A stretch of DNA of 64,000 nucleotides from Eledone cirrhosa (lineage: Eukaryota), in assembly GCA_964016885.1 (NCBI GenBank), contig CAXHJY010000510.1, positions 15,154 to 79,153 of the forward strand. The letters run 5' to 3'. Position 1 is the stretch's first letter, and each line of letters opens with the position of its first letter. The position numbers and the translations under genes are program-made. Below, in pieces: positions 51,740 to 64,000 of the stretch. Under the pieces are notes generated by a model that was not told the origin of the DNA, did not search any database, and worked only from the letters and a program-made list of their open reading frames with translations.

Positions 51740-54700
51740 CCCTGATGAGTCCCCTAGCAAATACATGCAGCAGGCGTCGGGTTAGCAACCCGGCACTGAT
51801 GTACACTTTACAATCGCTAAAGAAACAATAAGGAAAACCGAAAAAACCATAAATGATGAAGGCACAAAGATGAAGGCGTGGGAAACACTCCACTCTTGAC
51901 GGACCTCAACCAAAGCTGAAAGGACGTTGGGGTTCCAATGAGCCAGATTTTGAGAACTAAAACAAAAGAATGGAATGGAACTTGGAACATACGAACACTG
52001 TACAAGTCAGGAAAGCTGGCTCAGCTATTGCGGGAGTTCGACCACTACCATCTGGTCATTCTGGGCATGAGTGAAATACATAGGACCGGCAGTGGAAAGA
52101 TGAGTGGCAGCTGAGGCAGAACTCTGCTCTACTCTGGACATGAAGGCAAGCATGTCCGTGGAGTTGGACTTGTGCTTAGCACCCGATCAATTTGAGCATT
52201 GGTCAGATGGGAGCCAGGCAGCAAATGCATCAAAACCTCTCGTTTTCAGAGTAGGTATGCGAAAATCACTGTTGTTCAAGCCTATTCCCCAATTGATGAC
52301 ACAACCGACATCTACAAGGACGCCTTCTCTGAACGGCTGCAGCAGGACACATTCAACAACTTTCCCAGCCACGACATCAAACTACTGATCGGTGATTTCA
52401 ACGCTCAGATTGACTGCAACAGACAGAGATTGGAACAGGTTACCGAGCCGTTCAGTTCTGCTGCAACCACCACAGACAACGGCGAGATACTGCAGCTCTT
52501 TTGCACCATCGGCAGCTTGTGCACCAGCAAAGCACCTACTTCAAAGGCAAGGCAATTCACAAAGCTACTTGGCAGTCTCCGGACCAGAAAAGCTACAAAG
52601 AGATCGACTACGTCTGCGTCAACCAGCGCTGGTCGTCTTCAATGCAAGACGTCGGAGTGCACCGAGGTGCAGACAGGGGCTCAGACCACCACCTAGTGCT
52701 GCGCCTAAAGAAACGGACACAACAGGAAAGACCAAAGCCGTATGTAGTGGAGAAGCTGAAGGATCCTGATCAAGCGCGACTGTGCCAACTGGCGCTGCAC
52801 AATAGATTCCTGCAGTTGAGTGAGGCTGCTGATCTGGAAGATCAATGGTCAATGACTGAAGCAGCACAAGAAACTGTTGGCTGAAGGCGAGGAACGAGGA
52901 AAGAACGATAGATCCAGGAACCAACGTAGGAACTGATTGACGAACAAAAGAAGACGAATGTTGAGCAAGATTCTGCCAGATCGCAGGAAGACTGAGGGAA
53001 AGTAGATGCTGCATATCGCCATATTAACTGACTAGTAAAGTGAAGCTGCCGGTGGGACAAACACGTCTGCCTGGGGGGAAAAAAGGTGCTGAGACAGAAG
53101 CTGCTGGTCCCAATGACACGAAAACACTGTTCCACATCGTGAGGGAGTTGACGGGAGTGTCAAGTGGTGCCAACAGGGCAGTGAAGGATAACAATTGCAA
53201 GACATTGACCACTAGAGCAGAACAGGACCAGAGATGGATGGAACACTTCCGGGAGACGCTGAACCAACTAGATCCAGTCGACCTGACAGACTTGACCGCA
53301 GAGACTCCAGCAACCACTGCTGTACTCAAGGTCTGCAAGGACCAAATCACCAAGCAGGAGACAAGAGATGCGATCCGTGACTTGAGGAACGGCAAAGCAG
53401 GCGGACTGGATGAGATCTCTACAGAGTTGCTCAAATTCGGTGAGGATAGTATGATAACGGCGTTGACAAACTTGATGAACCTCTGCTGGAAGTTTGGTCG
53501 GGCCACTATTGAGTGGCGACGAGGTGTCATCGTCAAACTGTCAAAGAAGGGAAACCTGGCCGATTGCAACAACTGGCGTGGTATCACATTGCTGTCAGTT
53601 CCAGGCAAGGCGTTCTGCACTGTGCTGCTGCGTCGATTCCGGCAGGCTGTCAACTCTGTGCTCTGACAAAAAAACGATCTTGCACAGAACAGATCTTCAC
53701 ACTACGCAACATCCTCGAACAATGCGTTGAGTTCCAGCAACCTTTAGCAGTCAACTTCATTGATTTCCAGAAGGCATTCAACAGTGTGCATCTGAAATTG
53801 CTGTGGAATATCGTGCACTCGAACGGCATTCCTGCAAGATTCATCACCATCTTCAAGGCCATGTATATAAACTCCAGCTGCTGCGTGCGAACTGAGTTCA
53901 GTGTGACGGAGTTCTTTGACATTGTATCCGGTGTCAGACAGGGTTGCATTCACCTTCCGCTGTTGTTCCTGTTGACAGCCGATTTCATTCTAAGGTGAAC
54001 AGCTGAAGGACCCGGTCGAGGAATCCCATGGAGAGGCCAGTCGAGGCTGAGGCACCTGGCATTCGCCGATGACATCGCTTTGATCACTGAAGACACTGCA
54101 GATCTGCAGATCTGCAGGCTCCAATAACATCCCTGCAAGAGAGTGTGGAAAAAATCGGCCTGAAAATCAACACCAAAAAGACCAAGGTGATGAGAACAGC
54201 AGCCAACAATACAGATCCAGTGATCAGAGTCAACCAACAAAACCTGGGGGAAGTCGATCACTTCATTTATCTGGGCAGCATCCTGGTAAGCAATGGCGAC
54301 ACAGAGCTCGATATCAAATGTCGGATCGGCAAAGAAGCCGCAGTTTTCCAGCGGTGGCGCCCAGTCAGGTCGTCTTCATGCATCAGCACCAAGCTGCGCC
54401 TGTACAAGAGCATCGTGTTGCTGACAGTGCTTTACACAAGTGAAACTTGGAAGAGCACGGCAAAGATAGAGAGACGGCTGAACGCATTCCACTAGTGGTG
54501 CCTGCGAAGGATCCTTCGTGTGTTCTGTCGCAACCGAGTGCGAAACGAGCAAATTCTGCGGAGAGCCGAGTCGTTGATGGTGCAGAGGGTGGGCACGGAG
54601 CGCTGGTGCCGCCTGAATGGCCATATTCTGCGCCTGACCAACGAACGACACTGAAAAACAACAATGAATTGGACTCCATCTGGTGACAAACGGAGGCGGG

Positions 54701-54850
54701 GGTCACCTCAGGATCACCTGGCGACGAACGTTCCGAAAAGACCTGATGACCGCCAACATCACTTGACGCGAAAAAAGCTGCCACTGATCGTGATCATTAG
54801 CGACTACTTACTGCTCGATGGCCGAAAGGCGAAGAAGAACCGAAGAAGAG
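51740..54850 (+). mobile_element. Near full-length decayed RTE-clade LINE (APE and RT)
   Basis: GTWNIRTL, VVQAYSP, GDFNAQI, SDHHLV; KAGGLDEI, NWRGITLLSVPGK, FIDFQKAF, GVRQGC, LAFADDIAL; many frameshifts. Confidence 0.92.
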
Positions 54851-55122
54851 ATAAAAATTATATCCCCACACAGAAAAGATGCAATGTTCAGGCAAATCAC
54901 AGAGGCAACAAATATAAACGAACTCATACAGACACACACACACAAAAAACTAACAAAAGAAATCAGACACACACACAGATAGAACAAACAATCAACTAGC
55001 GACAAATAAATAAACACATAAATAAATAAAATCACAGTAATGCATGCGGAAACTAAGTACACAACACACAAAAACAAGATGGTGTAGGACAGAACAAATG
55101 AGAGACACAAAATAAAAACCTA

Positions 55123-55792
55123 GTCACTGAGGAGGTCACAGAATGTGTGACGAAAGAGCTTTGGCAATATTTAAACAACGTTCCGGTTATCGAACTTTTA
55201 GCAGAAAAAGAGGTTTAGTTAGATGTTACTGAGTTGTAGCTTGATGTTGTACGACTTTAGCAGATGAATCTTTAATATAGTTGTTGTTGGCAAGTGAGTA
55301 AGTGAAGTTGATCTCGGTGAGATGAGAGAAGTTATGCCATATTTAAGTAAACGAAAACTGTACTCACTTGTGGTGTGAAGCGATATTACCTTAGGAAAAA
55401 TGATTTTCCCATATCCCATCAGAAGAAATATTGTTAGTATGTGTGCAGATTCAATGGTGGCAGAAATTATCAGAAGGCTGTTTAAATATTTTACAAAGGG
55501 TTTATTTTCAACCATAAAAAAAAATTACAATAAAATACTGCTGGCATGACGCATGAGTAAGTTGAACAAAAATGAAGTGTTGGAAGAAAGGGGTTGGTCC
55601 CTTGTCGATAAGGCCAAAGTTTCTTTTTTAGTGTTTCATCTTGCTAGTATCGACACAGGAACGTAAATAGGTCTTGTCTTCACGAAGTGAATGCAGCAAC
55701 TGTAGGACAGAACAAAGGAGTGGCACAAAAACAAAGAAAAGAATCCCTAGTCACTGAAGAGGTCACAGAATGTGTGACGAAAGAACTTTGAC
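55123..55792 (+). ncRNA. Pair of minimal HHRs (55123-55165 and 55750-55792) in direct repeats
   Basis: gtca CTGA(G/A)GA ggtcacagaatgtgtgac GAAA ga(g/a) CTT tg(g/a)c, 627 bp apart. Confidence 0.75.
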
Positions 55793-55948
55793 AATATATG
55801 AACAACCGTCCGGTTGTGGAACCAACCAACCAACCAACCAACCGGAAATTTATAAATTCTTAAATTTATAAATTTAACTTATAATAAATTGGAGTGAAAG
55901 CAACTGGTGCGTGTGTTTCTTATTGGCAACATGACCCTCCCAAAGCAT

Positions 55949-56003
<55 letters not shown>

Positions 56004-56103
56004 TATTGAAGTTCCCGTTGAAAATTGAAAAAGTCAGGAGTGAAGAGTGCTCTATGTAAGTACCAGAGCTAATTTAATGTATAATAAACAATACAATATA
56101 ATT

Positions 56104-56173
56104 ACCTCATTACCAGAGGTTTCCCGAATAAGACGAATACGAAAAACGTCCTCATTCGTTCATCGGACAAGGC
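56104..56173 (-). ncRNA. Type I HHR with a CCGATGA core variant
   Basis: Minus strand: gccttgt CCGATGA acgaatgaggacg..cgtcttattcgg GAAAC ctctg GTA atgaggt. Confidence 0.65.
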
Positions 56174-57464
56174 AATTTAAAACATAGTGAAATATTTGAA
56201 AAATCTCCTCAAGAAAGGCAAGAGTTTAACGGGCAAAAAAAATAAAGCAGGAGCTATATAAACATAAGGAAATATAGTTAGGGTATGTGTATAAATGTGT
56301 ATATATTCACTCACAAGTGTACATATGTGTGTATGTACAAATGCATGTGTATAGTGAAAATGTGTGTGTGCGTAAGTACGTATATGAGGGCAAGCATAAT
56401 AGTGTATGTGTGACCAATACGTATATAATATAAGTTGAAAACTAATGTACATCCAGATTTAGGTATTAAATATATACACATACAAGAATGAAAGCACGCG
56501 TATAAACACACACGCACGATTATTTATGGCGGAAGATAAGAAGGGAAAGGAGTGTATAGTAAAAAAGACTGTCATATTCGATACATATGAAAATGAAACA
56601 ATATATGAGAAAGAAAAAAATGTTGTTTAACTCAAAGAGAAAGTAAGATGGAGTGGTTATCAATTATACATTAACACTAGAGAAAAAGAAAACAAACATA
56701 GGTTCGCACGTACGCACATATACATATACAAATATATATATATATGAATACGTACAGGCAAAATCGCATGCATACGTACATACATACACACGAAGCACAC
56801 ACATATATATACATATATCGGCACACGTATATCTAAGCAGACGTACGTACGCGACTATAAGTATACATATATGCATACACACACATACATATACATATAC
56901 ATATTCATATATATATATACACGTACTTATACACATACGTTCACCCACATACACACACTCGTATAAATATAGATAAATATAGATATAAAAACACAGATGC
57001 TCACACATATAGACACACACACGCACACATACGGAAGAGCATGCACACTCATACGCATAGATACAAATTATAGACCAGCCATATGAAAAAAAGAAATACA
57101 AATATAAAAGCGGCTGCGAAACAACAGGATATATCTGGAGTTGAAAACGCAAGTGACATGTGTTATCAGGTAGTGAAAGAAAATGGGGAAGTAAAGTGTG
57201 GAATGTGAAGATATTAGATAAGTGAATAAAAAAGTAGGGAGGGGGGGGGGGTCACTTGTGGATGTGAAGTGAAAGTAAAAATAAAAATGAAAATAAAGTT
57301 AAAAATGAAAGTAAATCAGAAAGAGAAGTCTGTAAAGAGGATAATTTAAGGAAAGTGAAGAACAAGAGTTTATGGAGGATAAGTATATGAAAGTGAGTTA
57401 AGTTTAATTCACTATGATCATTTAATTATTAAATAGTTGTTGCTTGCATTGCCTTAAAAAATAG

Positions 57465-58266
57465 TAGACCAGATAGAAAAATGCGTACAGCAAAAAAAAG
57501 TAATATTGTTGGAATATAAATCTTTAAAAATACAGGACAAGAAACTAAAATAAAACTTTAAAAGAATAGGACAAGAAACTAAAATAAAACTTTAAAAGAA
57601 TAGGACAAGAAACTAAGATAAAACTTTAAAGAATTGGACAAGAAATAAAAAATTTTACAATAATATTATTTGCAAAATTTTTTTATTCGTTTCCTGTGCT
57701 ATGCCCCAGTATCTTCTGTCCCGTCATCCCTCCAGTCCTCCTGCTCCCCCTTCCTGTAACAGAAAGCTGTGGCACGCATTCATCTGGACTGCCGGACTTG
57801 AACTCAAGGACAAGATGCAAGGAGAAGATGGACGGGTTGGTCAAGATCAAGGATGAGCGGGACGACAAGACCGTCCGCTGCTGCTCAAGATCTGTGCTCA
57901 TGGGCCCATGGGTCCATTCACATTATGCATGACACATGAGGCGTGTCGCCGAATGATGAAATAGGGGTATGGTTATGGCCCAATTGGTGTTCAAACCAGG
58001 ATCAAATGATCCCCACGGTCTGACGACGACCTCTAAATGTGGAACCCAGAGCCTATGAATGTGGAACTCGATTTTTTACCAATAAAAATTTTGCCACTAA
58101 TATTATTGTAAATTTTTTTATTTCTTGTCCAATTCTTTAAAGTTTTATCTTAGTTTCTTGTCCTATTCTTTTAAAGTTTTATTTTAGTTTCTTGTCCTGT
58201 ATTTTTAAAGGTTTATATTCCAACAATATTACTTTTTTTTGCTGTACGCATTTTTCTATCTGGTCT
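57465..58266. repeat. Fold-back with ~220-bp inverted arms (internal 35-bp repeats) around a 390-bp GC-richer core
   Basis: 57465-57688 is the reverse complement of 58081-58266; CTGACGA at 58020. Confidence 0.85.
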
Positions 58267-58432
58267 CGGTAGAGGGTCGGACGTCATGCTTTGACGCATA
58301 GAGTTACGGCCCTTGTCATTCTGAGTTCAAATCCCGCCAAGGTTAACTTTGCCTTTCATCCTTACCGAGTCGATACAATAAAGTACCAGTAATGTGCTGG
58401 TTGATTGCTGGCCTTGTGCCAATAGTAGAAAC

Positions 58433-58488
<56 letters not shown>

Positions 58489-58589
58489 GTATGAATGAAG
58501 TAATTCCATCGGAAAAGTCCAGGAAAAAAGAGTGCTCTATGTAGGTAACAGAGCTTAATAGTTATGTAATAAACAACATAAGGCAATTA

Positions 58590-58650
58590 TTTCATTTACC
58601 AGTGGTTTCTTAAAAGCAAAAAAAAATTCCTTTCAATCATCAGAATGAAA
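58590..58650 (-). ncRNA. Type I HHR, same family as 56104
   Basis: Minus strand: tttcatt CTGATGA ttgaaag..cttttaa GAAAC cactg GTA aatgaaa; short inversion immediately upstream. Confidence 0.8.
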
Positions 58651-58702
58651 AAATCCGATTTTTTCATTCTGATGATTGAAAGCAAAATTATTACATAACA
58701 CA

Positions 58703-58745
<43 letters not shown>

Positions 58746-58822
58746 TTTATATTTTCATTTTATTTTTTATTCTGTAATTTATTTGATAACTATTTTTTCT
58801 TTGTAGGTAATTAGGTTTGCTG

Positions 58823-61234
58823 GTAATGTTGCCGGTCTGATAGTACGTCGTGTCTCTGTAGTTAGCTAGTATATAGTAATGTTGCCGGTCTGATAGTACG
58901 TCGTGTCTCTGTAGTTAGCTAGTATATAGTAATGTTGCCGGTCTGATAGTACGTCGTGTCTCTGTAGTTAGCTAGTATATAGTAATGTTGCCGGTCTGAT
59001 AGTACGTCGTGTCTCTGTAGTTAGCTAGTATATAGTAATGTTGCCGGTCTGATAGTACGTCGTGTCTCTGTAGTTAGCTAGTATATAGTAATGTTGCCGG
59101 TCTGATAGTACGCCGTGTCTCTGTAGTTAGCTAGTATATAGTAATGTTGCCGGTCTGATAGTACGCCGTGTCTCTGTAGTTAGCTAGTATATAGTAATGT
59201 TGCCGGTCTGATAGTACGCCGTGTCTCTGTAGTTAGCTAGTATATAGTAATGTTGCCGGTTTGATAGTACGCCGTGTCTCTGTAGTTAGCTAGTATATAG
59301 TAATGTTGCCGGTTTGATAGTACGTCGTGTCTCTGTAGTTAGCTAGTATATAGTAATGTTGCCGGTCTGATAGTACGTCGTGTCTCTGTAGTTAACTAGT
59401 ATATAGTAATGTTGCCGGTCTGATAGTACGTCGTGTCTCTGTAGTTAGCTAGTATATAGTAATGTTGCCGGTCTGATAGTACGTCGTGTCTCTGTAGTTA
59501 GCTAGTATATAGTAATGTTGCCGGTCTGATAGTACGCCGTGTCTCTGTAGTTAACTAGTATATAGTAATGTTGCCGGTCTGATAGTACGTCGTGTCTCTG
59601 TAGTTAGCTAGTATATAGTAATGTTGCCGGTCTGATAGTACGTCGTGTCTCTGTAGTTAGCTAGTATATAGTAATGTTGCCGGTCTGATAGTACGTCGTG
59701 TCTCTGTAGTTAGCTAGTATATAGTAATGTTGCCGGTCTGATAGTACGTCGTGTCTCTGTAGTTAACTAGTAGTAATGTTGCCGGTCTGATAGTACGCCG
59801 TGTCTCTGTAGTTAGCTAGTATATAGTAATGTTGCCGGTCTGATAGTACGCCGTGTCTCTGTAGTTAACTAGTATATAGTAATGTTGCCGGTCTGATAGT
59901 ACGTCGTGTCTCTGTAGTTAGCTAGTATATAGTAATGTTGCCGGTCTGATAGTACGTCGTGTCTCTGTAGTTAGCTAGTATATAGTAATGTTGCCGGTCT
60001 GATAGTACGTCGTGTCTCTGTAGTTAGCTAGTATATAGTAATGTTGCCGGTCTGATAGTACGTCGTGTCTCTGTAGTTAACTAGTAGTAATGTTGCCGGT
60101 CTGATAGTACGCCGTGTCTCTGTAGTTAGCTAGTATATAGTAATGTTGCCGGTCTGATAGTACGTCGTGTCTCTGTAGTTCACTAGTAGTAATGTTGCCG
60201 GTCTGATAGTACGCCGTGTCTCTGTAGTTAGCTAGTATATAGTAATGTTGCCGGTCTGATAGTACGCCGTGTCTCTGTAGTTAGCTAGTATATAGTAATG
60301 TTGCCGGTCTGATAGTACGCCGTGTCTCTGTAGTTAGCTAGTATATAGTAATGTTGCCGGTCTGATAGTACGCCGTGTCTCTGTAGTTAACTAGTATATA
60401 GTAATGTTGCCGGTCTGATAGTACGTCGTGTCTCTGTAGTTAGCTAGTATATAGTAATGTTGCCGGTCTGATAGTACGCCGTGTCTCTGTAGTTAGCTAG
60501 TATATAGTAATGTTGCCGGTCTGATAGTACGTCGTGTCTCTGTAGTTAGCTAGTATATAGTAATGTTGCCGGTCTGATAGTACGTCGTGTCTCTGTAGTT
60601 AACTAGTAGTAATGTTGCCGGTCTGATAGTACGCCGTGTCTCTGTAGTTAGCTAGTATATAGTAATGTTGCCGGTCTGATAGTACGTCGTGTCTCTGTAG
60701 TTCACTAGTAGTAATGTTGCCGGTCTGATAGTACGCCGTGTCTCTGTAGTTAGCTAGTATATAGTAATGTTGCCGGTCTGATAGTACGTCGTGTCTCTGT
60801 AGTTAGCTAGTATATAGTAATGTTGCCGGTCTGATAGTACGTCGTGTCTCTGTAGTTAGCTAGTATATAGTAATGTTGCCGGTCTGATAGTACGCCGTGT
60901 CTCTGTAGTTAGCTAGTATATAGTAATGTTGCCGGTCTGATAGTACGTCGTGTCTCTGTAGTTAGCTAGTATATAGTAATGTTGCCGGTTTGATAGTACG
61001 CCGTGTCTCTGTAGTTAGCTAGTATATAGTAATATTGCCGGTTTGATAGTACGCCGTGTCTCTGTAGTTAACTAGTATATAGTAATGTTGCCGGTTTGAT
61101 AGTACGCCGTGTCTCTGTAGTTAGCTAGTATATAGTAATGTTGCCGGTTTGATAGTACGCCGTGTCTCTGTAGTTAACTAGTAGTAATGTTGCCGGTCTG
61201 ATAGTACGCCGTGTCTCTGCAGTTAGCTAGTATA
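58823..61234. repeat. 53-bp minisatellite, ~46 units
   Basis: Unit gtaatgttgccggtctgatagtacgtcgtgtctctgtagttagctagtatata, with 48-bp variants. Confidence 0.97.
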
Positions 61235-61497
61235 GCTTATTCCTACAAAATGGCTGCTTACTTAATGTAAACAAAGCTTCTCACTGTGACGTCTAGGTGT
61301 GTGTGGTGTAAAATGATTGATTTTGATAAGGCTCAATAAGGATGAAACCATTGTAAATCAATATTTAATGTAAACTGTATTTAATAATTACTTTAATAAA
61401 TAATTTGCTCCATGCGTAATTATTTTTAACACAATAGTATTTTGTACACATGCTTGTTTGAAAATGTTTTAAGTTTTTATATTTAAAAACAAAATTC

Positions 61498-61556
<59 letters not shown>

Positions 61557-61589
61557 GGTAAACAGAAATAACACAATTGGTACAATATA

Positions 61590-62510
61590 TGGAAGGGATA
61601 TATTAGGTTAACGCTTGATATAGCATGAAGGGGGTCTTAACGTTACGGACGCTAGTCCTTCATCAGAAGAAAGGATGAGAAATAAATTAGATTAAGGGGA
61701 CAGGCGGGATGGAATTGGAAAAAATGTCTTTAGATAAAAATAATACATCCATTCATGTTGACATCTCTTGGAAAACTGTTGATGGTGGTGTAACGGATAA
61801 GTTGTATTCTTTGTATGGTAGTTTGATGAAAATATTAATGCCAGGATTGTGTTGTTTACAATGTTTATTTTACAATAACAATATTCAATTTAAACATCGA
61901 GTAATAAAATTTATGACATGAAAATATCCGTAAATTAAATTGGCAGCTCTGCGAGCTACGTGAATGCATGTATCAGAGAGTACGATATAGTATAATTTGT
62001 GTTGTATCTTACGTATACAATATGACAAGAAGAAAAGGGGTGAGCGTATAATGTAAACAATATGAACTTACTATGTGTGTGTGTATTCTTAGTATATGTT
62101 ATTTTCTTAGTAGTAGTGGTCAATCTGTCAGGCAGGCATGGCATGTGAGAATATAGCAAACAGACTGGTTTTTCGTGAAGAGAAATTTCACAGTGTTAGG
62201 GGAATCCTCTTCTGTCGTCTGTGTTATCACTCTTTCTGTTGGGTACCTAAAGCCCTTGTATTTATAATCTCGTTAAAGTTAGAAGGGTGGATATATGAGG
62301 TTGATTTATGATCTGACCTGTGGTTAGAATCTCCCAAGAGGTTGGGGTCACAGGTCAAAGGGAATGTACATTTATCATCGTTGTCTTCACAAGACAATGG
62401 TGAGAACTTCCAACGATAGATTGTCCAGAGGCGGGAAAGCTCAGATTCGGTTTCGAATCTTCGCTGGTAAAACAGAAGTATTCCGTTATACTGGCGTTTG
62501 TGTATGATTT
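61590..62510 (-). mobile_element. Decayed PLE with a 3' minimal HHR (61635-61670)
   Basis: Minus strand: tctt CTGATGA aggactagcgtcc GTAA c GTT aaga; GIY-YIG-like remnant CHIVYVR near 62020. Confidence 0.55.
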
Positions 62511-62584
62511 ATTTTTTTTAGAAAAGTGGATGATGGAGCGCCTGAAATAGAAAAAAAAAAAACGTTTTGTATAAAGGGCTATAC

Positions 62585-62676
<92 letters not shown>

Positions 62677-63554
62677 ATACATCCGTACGTAAAAGAGTGT
62701 GTGTGCATGTAAGTACGAAGCTATCAGCAAAAGTATATTAATATAAGTGTGTGTATGTGTATATACACAGCTGTGCGAAACCCATTCCCTTCACATGGCT
62801 ACCCGCTTCATCCAGCGTGGATATCCCCCCACCATGATCTAAGCTGCTGTCACCTGCGCCTGTGAAACCGACCATACCACAGCCCTATATATATATATAT
62901 ATATTGGTAAACGGAATAGAAAATGCTGACAAATTGTTCACAGTTGAAAAATGGTTTAATTAGGAATAAAAGAGTATTAGTGATTGTATGGGTTAGTATT
63001 TAGTTGTGGTTTTAAATTTTTAAGTTTTTACCGGTTGCGCATTTCTAAATGCTTTTCAAAAATAATTTTGAGATAGAGTGTCCGTGCACACATCTCTACC
63101 CACATATAAACACAATGACATACGTAAACACACATGCTCTATGGTGCAACACAAAATAATATATGTGCATATATGTATGTATATTATGTGTATATATATA
63201 TATATATAGTGAATATATGTGTGTGTATATATATATAGTGAATATCATTTCACACCTTTTTTTTGTTAAGATTTTTGATGTTCTATTAAGAGAACCGATT
63301 TTACTGAAAAATCGAATAATGTACACCATTTCACCAGGGGGAAAAAATACTGGTCCACCCACACACACACACACACATACACACGCGTACATCAACATAC
63401 AAAGAGACTTATATATACACACACACACACACACACACGCACGTCTCCGTATAAGACAAAAGCTGAAAAATATCTTTTGACATGCTAAAATACCCCCATT
63501 GCTTTCAGACACATTCATACTGACCATCTCTGCCACCACAAATTACTCTGCTAT

Positions 63555-63586
<32 letters not shown>

Positions 63587-63669
63587 ACACACACACTTAT
63601 CTTAATAGCATTTGACACACATCGCTGCTAACCATTATCACAACATCGAACACCTTACTACTACTACTA

Positions 63670-63852
<183 letters not shown>

Positions 63853-64000
63853 TTGTTGTGAAAGAGTCATTTCTCAATCTTGGCGCAAAACAATTTTTAT
63901 TCACATGACCTCTACCGACCAATCAAAACTGTTTTTGACCACAAGAATTTTTGCTGGAGCCACTTTTTTAACATAAAAAGTCTTGGCGCAAAATCAATTT

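Noticed and set aside
51743-51800. HHR at the RTE 5' end (ctgatgagtcccc)
   Set aside because: No closing stem II or GAAA...UH found downstream.
58823-61234. CRISPR-like array
   Set aside because: Units are contiguous with no unique spacers, there are no cas genes, and the context is eukaryotic; the same applies to the 62-bp and 72-bp arrays.

Overview
Eukaryotic, AT-rich DNA saturated with microsatellites; the SINE families and (TA)n/(CA)n/(CT)n load resemble an octopus-type cephalopod genome (inference). No intact host gene could be supported, and almost all of the window is mobile-element derived. It holds a rearranged CRE-like retrotransposon with a PHD finger, a near full-length L1/Tx1-like LINE inside a 72-bp minisatellite plus a decayed second copy, a RepHel Helitron pseudogene and several non-autonomous Helitrons, RTE, Gypsy, mariner, Merlin, Mutator-MITE and Penelope-like (PLE) remnants, two tRNA-SINE families and three tandem arrays. 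The most striking signal, invisible in the ORF track, is about 20 complete, degenerate or half type-I hammerhead ribozyme (HHR) motifs in many unrelated short elements. Most sit in (TA)n and form partial tandems or fold-back palindromes whose apex often falls inside the ribozyme. Coordinates were read by eye and may be off by a few bases.
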